A DNA stretch of 64,000 bases from Vulcanimicrobiota bacterium (GTDB lineage: Bacteria > Vulcanimicrobiota > Vulcanimicrobiia > Vulcanimicrobiales > Vulcanimicrobiaceae). Position numbers and translations under genes: made by a program. The notes under the pieces were generated by a model. It searched no databases and was not told where the DNA came from. It saw only the letters and a list, made by a program, of their open reading frames with translations. The DNA is taken from NCBI GenBank assembly GCA_963733295.1, contig CAVTCS010000003.1, positions 1,728,001 to 1,792,000 of the forward strand. The letters run 5' to 3'. Below, one piece after another: positions 56,851 through 64,000 of this stretch. The stretch's first letter is position 1; each line of letters opens with the position of its first letter.

Positions 56851-58776
56851 TTAACTTACTGTGCCTGCGTAACCGGCGAGGCGCGCGCGCTCATCGTGTT
56901 GCAAGGATGCGGGCGGGAGCGTTGAGGGCGCCCAGGTATCGCCAGCCGAGTTTTTCTGCCAGGCTCCCGAGACGACACGATACACGCCGTCGTCGGCTGC
57001 GTACACGTTGGTATCCGGACCCGGAACGCTGCGCGGTCCGTGGCCGGGAAGAATGGGAGCTTGCATCGTCACACTGCGCGGCATATTGGCTTCTGCTTGT
57101 TCGCGCGCGTACGTCGTGTCGCTGAAGTTCCCGTACGTCGGTGGATTGGAAACCCAAAGCGTTCCATAGCCCGGCGTGTAGTAACCGGTCCCCTGAGCGT
57201 AACCGCCCCAGCCCGCCGCATAACCGTTAACGTAACCCGCCGTGGCGGCGTAGTAGTACGAGGCCCGATCGCCTTGCGAGAGCTCCGAGGCCGGCGTGTC
57301 GTGGTAGGTCTGATCCGGGCGGGGCGTCGGCGGCGGAGTCGGGGCCGTGGCGACCGCTCCCTGCGCGTTATAGACGTGAACGAACGTGACATGGTAGAGC
57401 GGCGAGCTCTCCGGAATCGTATAGATGACGGAGGGAACGTAGCTCGCAGCAGTCCACGGTCCGAGTGCTGACGACGCGCGAAACCAGACGCCCTGACTGC
57501 ACGCGAAGTACTGGGTAGCATCGACTTTGATGACGTCGGTCGAGGTGTTGACGGCGTACTGAAGCGACGTTGTCGGGATCGGTTCGAACACCGGCGCGCC
57601 CGAGCGATACGTTACGTGTAACTTCGCCGAGGCTGGATCGACCGAGGTTACGCGCGGAACCTGCGCCACACTTGACGCATAAAACGCCTGCGTCGTGCCC
57701 GGCACCGAGACGAGAACGCGGCCGCGCGGGCTGTCCTCCGGAATCTTCTTAAAATCTGCCGGCAAGTTCCCCGATGCGAAAGTCCAGGGTCCGTTCAAGT
57801 TTGCAGCGGAGAACCAACGCCCCGAAAGGAGCACGTACCACGTGGTCGTGTTGCGCGTAAAGAAAACGTCGCTCTTCGTATTTGTGACGTAACGAAGTTC
57901 CGTGCCGGCGATGTTCGCAAATCGCGGCTGCCCGGCGATATCGATCAAGGCGGACGGCACCGTGCTGACAATGACGTGGGGAACGGCGCCGGTTGGCTTC
58001 GGTGCCTTCAGGGCCGCGTGTACGTAGCTCAGGGGACCGGTCGTCGGGATTGCGGCAAAGCTCGCGGGCGCGACGGTAGGCGTAAACGGCCCAGAGCTTC
58101 CCGGAGACGAGTACCAGCCACTTCTTGCGTGCACGTAGTATAGGCTGTGGCTTGGGTCGTGGATGATCTCCCAGTTCGTATTGACCGCATAGGTCAAGTG
58201 CGTCCCGGCGATCGGCGCAAACGACGGTTTTCCATCAAAGACCACGAGTACGGCCGGCGATTGACGCATGTAGATGACCGGCGGGTTCGTGCGCAGTGGG
58301 ATGGTGTGCGGCCTTGCCGAGGGTGGAAGGCTCGATAACACCATTGCGAGCGGAAGAAAAGGCTTCCCGGCGAGCCGCAAGTTCGCTTTGAGAAAGGTAT
58401 CGAGCTGCACTACGTCCGCTTGGCTCGCGGTCGGCCAACTCGTCGAATCGATTTTCGGATTCACGAGCGCGACCATTCCGGAAGGCACGTCGGCGCTCGC
58501 GAGCGACGAAAAACTGAGCGTCCCATAAACCGGTGACGCCGCTCCAGGTAAGGTGACGGCGATCGCGGCGACGCCTGTCATCTGGGTGTAGTTCGGCCAC
58601 GCGCGAACCTGCGGCTCGTAGAGCCGGATCGTCCCGCCACCCGCTGCGATCGACAGCGGCCAAACGATCGGGGCAGGAGCAGCGGGTGCTGCAAAAACCG
58701 TCCTCGGCGCGGCGCTGAAGGCCATAAGCAACGCCGCGATAAGCACGGCGCTTTCAGTCTGTAAACGAATTCGCAC
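56851..58776 (-). CDS. Secreted hypothetical protein with three internal repeats of about 65-80 aa
   Basis: Signal peptide; repeated G.P.F..I..T.L.Y..NT...W......GP(W/F)......IP units. Confidence 0.75.
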   Translation of the reverse strand: MRIRLQTESAVLIAALLMAFSAAPRTVFAAPAAPAPIVWPLSIAAGGGTIRLYEPQVRAWPNYTQMTGVAAIAVTLPGAASPVYGTLSFSSLASADVPSGMVALVNPKIDSTSWPTASQADVVQLDTFLKANLRLAGKPFLPLAMVLSSLPPSARPHTIPLRTNPPVIYMRQSPAVLVVFDGKPSFAPIAGTHLTYAVNTNWEIIHDPSHSLYYVHARSGWYSSPGSSGPFTPTVAPASFAAIPTTGPLSYVHAALKAPKPTGAVPHVIVSTVPSALIDIAGQPRFANIAGTELRYVTNTKSDVFFTRNTTTWYVLLSGRWFSAANLNGPWTFASGNLPADFKKIPEDSPRGRVLVSVPGTTQAFYASSVAQVPRVTSVDPASAKLHVTYRSGAPVFEPIPTTSLQYAVNTSTDVIKVDATQYFACSQGVWFRASSALGPWTAASYVPSVIYTIPESSPLYHVTFVHVYNAQGAVATAPTPPPTPRPDQTYHDTPASELSQGDRASYYYAATAGYVNGYAAGWGGYAQGTGYYTPGYGTLWVSNPPTYGNFSDTTYAREQAEANMPRSVTMQAPILPGHGPRSVPGPDTNVYAADDGVYRVVSGAWQKNSAGDTWAPSTLPPASLQHDERARLAGYAGTVS

Positions 58777-58861
58777 GGCTTCGCAGATTACACCGCGGGA
58801 GATTGGGACCTTCTCCTAAACAGCCGGCCACGCACGCAAGCCTGCGAACGTCACGCGTCAT

Positions 58862-59236
58862 CTAGCGGGAAGCGATGGGCGAATAGTCCTCGGGGATCGC
58901 GGTTCCGGCCGGGCTGACGACGACGGAGGCCATTTTGCCGCTGCAGAACGTCATGAAGATGACGGCCAGTTCTTTGCTTCCCAAATACAGCCGGCACGCG
59001 CAGTTCATCTCCCACGCGTCGTTCGGCATCTCATGCGGCGCGTCGCTGGCTCCCGGAAAAGGAGGATCGGTTCGTAAGCCGGTTTCCTTTTCCAACGCCG
59101 AGGTCTCCGCTTTTTTTGCTAGTTCGATGAGTTCGGCGGCCGACGTCACCGCCGGAATTTTCCAGCCGAGCACGCCCATCACGCGATCGCGGTATGCTTG
59201 CGTCACGCCTTTTCGAAATTCTGCATCGTTTGCCAT
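58862..59236 (-). CDS. Hypothetical protein
   Basis: 124-aa ORF with ATG start that fills the intergenic gap. Confidence 0.55.
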   Translation of the reverse strand: MANDAEFRKGVTQAYRDRVMGVLGWKIPAVTSAAELIELAKKAETSALEKETGLRTDPPFPGASDAPHEMPNDAWEMNCACRLYLGSKELAVIFMTFCSGKMASVVVSPAGTAIPEDYSPIASR

Positions 59237-59391
59237 AACGTGGCAAACTTAGCGAACTCGTAGCCGCCGACCCCCCGAGTCTTGGCTTTTATGGGAGGGG
59301 CCGCGTTTCAGATGGCCCTATCTGGGAAGAGGCTTGGTCGACCAGTCTCATCGGACCGAAGCTCGGCGGTTCTTTGTGTTAGGAGTTCACC

Positions 59392-59940
59392 ATGTTCGTG
59401 CGATTCGTACTTGCAATTTCACTGAACCTCGCCGCGGCCGCCGCGGCGCAAGCTGCGCCGTTCGTCGTCACCTCGCCTCAATTTGGGGATAATGGGCCGG
59501 CGCCGCTCGCGGGCGCGCAGCCGGCGTGCGGCGGAGGAACCAGCGAGTCGCCGGCCCTCGCCTGGACCGGCGCACCCACAGCGACCAAGAGTTACGCGAT
59601 CATCCTCTCGGACATCGACAACTGGAGCCACGCAGGTTTAGCCGCACACTGGATCGCGTACGGAATCCCCGTGGGCGTCTCAAGCATCCCAGCCGGCTAC
59701 GGCTCGCAAACGCCGCTGCAGTACGTCTCCGGCACGAACCTCGGGAACGCGACCGGTTTCCGCGGCTACTGTCCGCCCAAGGGAGACGCCCCTCACCACT
59801 ACGTGTATACGGTTCTCGCAACCGACCTCGCTCCCGACGCGCTCGCTGCCGGGCTCACGCGCGACGCGCTGACCCTCGCGCTCAAGGGACATACGCTCGC
59901 CGGCTCGAGCATCATCGTTCGTTACGTGCAAGCTCCTTAG
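59392..59940 (+). CDS. YbhB/YbcL (PEBP/RKIP-like) protein, secreted
   Basis: SPALAW, HW, GYCPP..HHY motifs; AGGAG RBS; signal peptide. Confidence 0.92.
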   Translation: MFVRFVLAISLNLAAAAAAQAAPFVVTSPQFGDNGPAPLAGAQPACGGGTSESPALAWTGAPTATKSYAIILSDIDNWSHAGLAAHWIAYGIPVGVSSIPAGYGSQTPLQYVSGTNLGNATGFRGYCPPKGDAPHHYVYTVLATDLAPDALAAGLTRDALTLALKGHTLAGSSIIVRYVQAP

Positions 59941-60415
59941 CGGCGAGCACCTTTGGCGGAAGCAGAAAGACCAACTCACCCTTTGGAGTAAATCCCTCGA
60001 GCATCTCCACGCCGGCCAGACTGCCCTTCTTCATCTCGACTCTGGCGCTGCCGATGAGCTGACCGATCGTCGCGCTCATGCTCGGCTCGTGACCGACGAA
60101 CAGGATCGCGTTCGCACCGGCGTGCTTCTTAAGAACGGCCGCGAGATGTTTGAGATCGAAATCGAGTCCGAGGTCGGCGTCCTCAACGAGTCGATCGCGC
60201 ATCTTCAGCTTTTTTGCGACGATCTCGGCCGTCTGCTGCGCCCGCACGAACGGGCTCGTCACGATAGCGTCGAGACCGAGCTCTAGGCCGGCAATCGTTT
60301 GCGCCTCACGCTCCATCTTCTCGACGCCCTCGCGCGTGAGGGGACGCTTGAAATCGTCGTCGTGCCAGTCCCCAGAATCTCTGGCCAACCCATGTCTCAA
60401 GAAATAGCAACGCAT
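59912..60415 (-). CDS. sixA: SixA-like phosphohistidine phosphatase
   Basis: LRHG, RPLT, SPFVRAQQTA, VGHEP motifs. Confidence 0.88.
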   Translation of the reverse strand: MRCYFLRHGLARDSGDWHDDDFKRPLTREGVEKMEREAQTIAGLELGLDAIVTSPFVRAQQTAEIVAKKLKMRDRLVEDADLGLDFDLKHLAAVLKKHAGANAILFVGHEPSMSATIGQLIGSARVEMKKGSLAGVEMLEGFTPKGELVFLLPPKVLAAKELARNER

Positions 60416-60461
60416 GCCTCAATTATACATGATTGAACGAGCCGCCGCCGAACGCTTCAGG

Positions 60462-61457
60462 ATGATTCGGCGCGACTTCGCTCTCGGCACTAGCGGCACT
60501 CTGGCCGCATTTGCATTCGCCCCGCGCCGCGCCGTGGCGGCGGACGGTCCACACGTCGTCGAATTCGTGCTGCCGCGCGCCGGCGCGTTTCCACACGATC
60601 CCGCGCTCGGACCTGACGGATCAATCTGGTACACCGACCAATCCACCAGCCACATCGGGCGGCTTGACCCAACGACGGGACGCGTCGTCGACGTCGCGAC
60701 TCCGACCTCCGGCGCAGGGCCACACGGCATCACCGTAGCTCCCGATGGAATCGTGTGGTTCACCGAAAACGGCGTCGGGAAACTCGGCCGGCTCGATCCT
60801 GCCTCGCTCGCAATTACGGAGTACCCGTTACCCTCGAGCGTGCACGATCCGCATACGCCGCTCGTGCACCAGGGCAAGATTTGGTTCACCGCTCAAGTCG
60901 CAAATCAGTGGGGCATCTTCGACCCCGCGAGCGGTACGGCGGAGATGCACGCCGTCGCCACGCCAAACGCGCTTCCGTACGGTCTCGCTGCGGCTCCCGA
61001 CGGTTCGCTCTGGGTGGCCCTGTTCGGCACGAACAAGCTCGGCCGGATCGACACCACGGCCCGAACCTTGCGTGAGTTCACGCTCCGCGAACCGAAGGCG
61101 CGCCCGCGCCGTCTCGTCGTCGACCGCTCGGGCACCGTCTGGTACAGCGATTACGAACAGAGCAAACTCGGTGCCTTCGATCCGCGCACCGAGCACTTGC
61201 GCAGCTGGCCCTCACCGCACGCTGACGGCGCACCGTACGGCATCGCGCTCGGCTCCGACGGTCGTGTGTGGTACGACGAGTCTCGCGCCGACACGCTGGT
61301 GGGATTCGATCCAGCCACGGAACGCGCGGTCTCGATCGCGATCCCGACAAAGGGCTCGGTCGTCCGCAACATGGCGCCCGACCTCAAGCGCAACTCAATC
61401 TGGCTCGCGCTCAGCGGCATCGGCCGGCTGGGCCAACTGAAACTCGGGACCGTCTAG
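60462..61457 (+). CDS. Vgb (virginiamycin B lyase)-like beta-propeller with Tat-like signal
   Basis: Repeated PHG/PYG...PDG..W blades; N-terminal IRRDFAL. Confidence 0.85.
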   Translation: MIRRDFALGTSGTLAAFAFAPRRAVAADGPHVVEFVLPRAGAFPHDPALGPDGSIWYTDQSTSHIGRLDPTTGRVVDVATPTSGAGPHGITVAPDGIVWFTENGVGKLGRLDPASLAITEYPLPSSVHDPHTPLVHQGKIWFTAQVANQWGIFDPASGTAEMHAVATPNALPYGLAAAPDGSLWVALFGTNKLGRIDTTARTLREFTLREPKARPRRLVVDRSGTVWYSDYEQSKLGAFDPRTEHLRSWPSPHADGAPYGIALGSDGRVWYDESRADTLVGFDPATERAVSIAIPTKGSVVRNMAPDLKRNSIWLALSGIGRLGQLKLGTV

Positions 61458-62429
61458 ATGAGCTGCGCTACGCTGGCGCAGGTGGAAGACGCGCGGAAGA
61501 ATATCGCCGACATCGCTTTCCGGACTCCGCTCGTACGGTGCAATACCGAAGAGCCACCGAACCTCTATTTGAAATTGGAGAACTTGCAGCCGATTGGATC
61601 GTTCAAGATTCGCGGCGCGGCCAACGCGATGGCGCGCACTCCGCGCGAGCGGCTCGAACGCGGCGTGTTGACGGCGTCGGCCGGTAACATGGCACAAGGT
61701 GTCGCGTTCTGCGCCCGAAGGTTGGGGATTCCAGCGACGGTCGTGGCGCCGGAAACCGCCCCCGCAACGAAGATTCGAGCGGTGCAGCGGTTGGGCGGCC
61801 GCGTTATCGCGGTTCCGTTTGCGGATTGGTGGCGTACGTTCGAAACGCGTTGCTATCCAGGCGTCGACGCAACCTTCATTCATGCTTTCGACGATCCGGA
61901 CGTCATGGCCGGCAACGGCACGATCGCGCTGGAGCTGCTCGAGGATTTACCGGATCTGGATGCAGTCGTGATTCCGTGGGGCGGCGGCGGTCTCGCGTGC
62001 GGAATAGCTACCGTTCTACGGGCGCTTGCTCCACGAGTACGGATCTATGCAGCCGAAATCGAGACGGCGGCTCCGCTGGCCGCATCGCTGGCGGCTGGGG
62101 AACCGCGGACGGTCGACTACACCCCGTCGTTTGTCGACGGCATCGGCAGCACAACGGTCTTCCCCGACATGTTCGAGTACGGACGCGCGCTGCTCGATGG
62201 GAGCCTTGTCGTTCGTCTGTCCGAGGCGGCGCAGGCGATGAAACTCCTGGCTGAGCGTAACCGCATCATCGCGGAAGGCGCTTCGGCTTGCGCGGTGGCA
62301 GCCGCATTGTCGGGCCGAGCGGGTTCCGGCAAAACCGTCGCGATCGTGTCCGGGGGAAACATTGACTTAGAGAAGTTCGCGCAGTTCGTCGGCTCTGGAC
62401 CTCTGGGCGCCGAACAAGCGCTGCCGTAG
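61458..62429 (+). CDS. PLP-dependent threonine/serine dehydratase-family protein
   Basis: KLENLQPIGSFKIRGA, SAGN, GGGGL, SGGN motifs. Confidence 0.92.
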   Translation: MSCATLAQVEDARKNIADIAFRTPLVRCNTEEPPNLYLKLENLQPIGSFKIRGAANAMARTPRERLERGVLTASAGNMAQGVAFCARRLGIPATVVAPETAPATKIRAVQRLGGRVIAVPFADWWRTFETRCYPGVDATFIHAFDDPDVMAGNGTIALELLEDLPDLDAVVIPWGGGGLACGIATVLRALAPRVRIYAAEIETAAPLAASLAAGEPRTVDYTPSFVDGIGSTTVFPDMFEYGRALLDGSLVVRLSEAAQAMKLLAERNRIIAEGASACAVAAALSGRAGSGKTVAIVSGGNIDLEKFAQFVGSGPLGAEQALP

Positions 62430-62783
62430 AGGCGGCGCGGGATGAGAAACGATCGACAACAGACGATCGACGCAGCTGACCGCGAGAACGCGCTCAGGTG
62501 GAGTTCCGAGGGTGACCCAAACTTCCAAGCGCGTTCCGAGCGCTTTGTGCGCGACGACCAACAGCCGTAGACCCGTCGAATCCATGTACGGGCATTCCGT
62601 CAGATCGACTACGGTCTTCTTGCCCAGAGCGGACGATTCGACGAGCATCGATTCGAATGCGGGGCCGCTTACCATGTCGATATCGCTGTAGACGTGCAGG
62701 ATCTCTTCGCGCGTCAGGCTTTCCCGGATCGCGACAAGAGACTCCTCGCTCCGAGCATCGATTGCTTTCACGTTAACTCCCAT
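62367..62783 (-). CDS. STAS-domain anti-sigma-factor antagonist
   Basis: VVDLTECPYMDSTGLRLL motif. Confidence 0.8.
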   Translation of the reverse strand: MGVNVKAIDARSEESLVAIRESLTREEILHVYSDIDMVSGPAFESMLVESSALGKKTVVDLTECPYMDSTGLRLLVVAHKALGTRLEVWVTLGTPPERVLAVSCVDRLLSIVSHPAPPLRQRLFGAQRSRADELRELL

Positions 62784-62906
62784 ACGACTTCCGCAACTTT
62801 TGTTGTGAGACGCATGATACGTCTCATCCGGGGGGCGTACAAGATGTCAATCGTCTGCGTGTCGCGCCTGCCGCACGGCCAACGCTTTAGAGCGGGATTC
62901 TAGCTG

Positions 62907-63308
62907 TTAGACGCGCAGCGCAAACGCGCGCGCAGCCGCCGTGATCGGACCCTGTACCTCCGCCAGAGGCTTTTCGCGCAACAGGAGCATGGGCGCAGCA
63001 TCGTCGAGCCGCGGGTTGCTCCCGTGGAACCAGGCCCGCGCGACCTCCCGATCCTGGGACGTCGCGATCATCGTCGCGATTTGCAACGCGAAGCGTAAGA
63101 CGTGCGGGCGCTGGGGTTGGCGGCCCTTCTCGGACATCCATTGAGCGACCGCGCGGGTCTCGGTGACGCCGGCTATGACGGCGACGGTGGTCGAACCAAG
63201 CAGGTCGTTCAGCTCGCAGACGACCTCATGAATCGGCATCCCCATGGCATGGTCGTGCGCGCCGAGGTCGCTTAAAACGGGGTCGGTTGACCGCGTCGAT
63301 CCACTCAT
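62907..63308 (-). CDS. Xre/MbcA/ParS-like antitoxin-type protein
   Basis: HTH LLGSTTVAVIAGVTETRAVAQW plus ARAWFHGSNPRLDDAAP. ATG at 63308. Confidence 0.75.
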   Translation of the reverse strand: MSGSTRSTDPVLSDLGAHDHAMGMPIHEVVCELNDLLGSTTVAVIAGVTETRAVAQWMSEKGRQPQRPHVLRFALQIATMIATSQDREVARAWFHGSNPRLDDAAPMLLLREKPLAEVQGPITAAARAFALRV

Positions 63309-63315
63309 CCCACCC

Positions 63316-63343
63316 ATAATACCAACTCTGACGCCGCTGTCAA
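63316..63343 (-). promoter_or_regulatory. Sigma70-type promoter giving a leaderless transcript
   Basis: TTGACA-N16-TATTAT with extended TG; 7 nt between the -10 box and the ATG at 63308. Confidence 0.7.
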
Positions 63344-63446
63344 TCCCATCTGGTTTTCCAGCCGATTCAGCAGGCCGACCCGCCTGGCCAATGCCGCCCC
63401 AGGGCCGGGCGACCGGGTGGGACACGCTAACGCCGGAGCTTCACGG

Positions 63447-64000
63447 CTACGGTGGCGCCGCCAGAAACGCATCGATAATCGTATAATACGCGGTTGGGTC
63501 CTCCGCCCACGGGAAGTGGCCGGCGCGCGCGACCGTGTGCAACGTCGAATTGGGAATGAGCCGGTGCAAGTCTGCAGCAGTATCCGCTCCAACCGGATCT
63601 TCGGCGCCTTGCACGATCAGCGTGGGGGCGCGAATCGCGCCGAGCGAGGAACGGAGGTGATAGGTCGTCATGAGATCGTCCGTCATCAGCTTGTTTGTCG
63701 TGGGATCGAAGTAGTGGGGAGCCGAGAGATTGCCGAGCGCGAGATCGACCTTCGTGGGATCGTACATGTACGCTTCAAAGTACACGCGGAAGCCTTCGTG
63801 CGAGCCCGCCGGAAGCGTCCGCAACGCCCGCTTTTCCGCCGGAGTTCGCGCTTGCTCGATGCGTTTGGGAAACGCGCGCATAAACGCGCTATCTGCGCCC
63901 CCGGAATCTGATAGCACGAGCAGCGACACGTTGGAAGGGTAGCGACTCGCATATGCCATCGCCAACTCCCCGCCCCAAGAGTGACCGAACAAACGCAGGT
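63447..64000 (-). CDS. Alpha/beta hydrolase (proline iminopeptidase-like), 5' end outside the window
   Basis: GHSWGG, PTLIVQGAED, AGHFPWAE motifs. Confidence 0.88.
   Translation of the reverse strand, partial: LRLFGHSWGGELAMAYASRYPSNVSLLVLSDSGGADSAFMRAFPKRIEQARTPAEKRALRTLPAGSHEGFRVYFEAYMYDPTKVDLALGNLSAPHYFDPTTNKLMTDDLMTTYHLRSSLGAIRAPTLIVQGAEDPVGADTAADLHRLIPNSTLHTVARAGHFPWAEDPTAYYTIIDAFLAAPP

Overview
High-GC bacterial chromosomal window. A Firmicutes-like miaB-mutS-(insert)-mutL-miaA-hfq cluster and der-plsY-efp sit alongside TonB-dependent receptors and a POTRA protein, which points to a diderm Terrabacterium, possibly Eremiobacterota/Vulcanimicrobiota (inference). Bases 1-26170, about 31400-34300 and about 53500-64000 look mostly like core genome. 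There are two accessory zones. (i) An integrase-less island of about 5.1 kb (26233-31379) is bracketed by a diverged duplicate of the 3' end of an sprT-like gene. It carries a secreted RHS toxin/immunity pair whose middle appears to have been removed at an IS3 element. (ii) The stretch from about 34300 to 53500 holds two inverted, near-identical IS3-family copies around an orphan membrane gene, nested IS remnants, and a gene of about 1 kb present twice with identical ends but allelic differences. Other notable signals: phased TCTCAG boxes (MprA/PhoP-like) at the divergent promoter of a two-component system that heads the mutL-miaA-hfq-dapF-radical SAM run; three +1 frameshifts in mutS (sequencing error or real mutator); and an orphan Xre/MbcA-like antitoxin with a leaderless sigma70 promoter. 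I saw no rRNA, tRNA or CRISPR array. No database searches were run, so family calls rest on recognised motifs.
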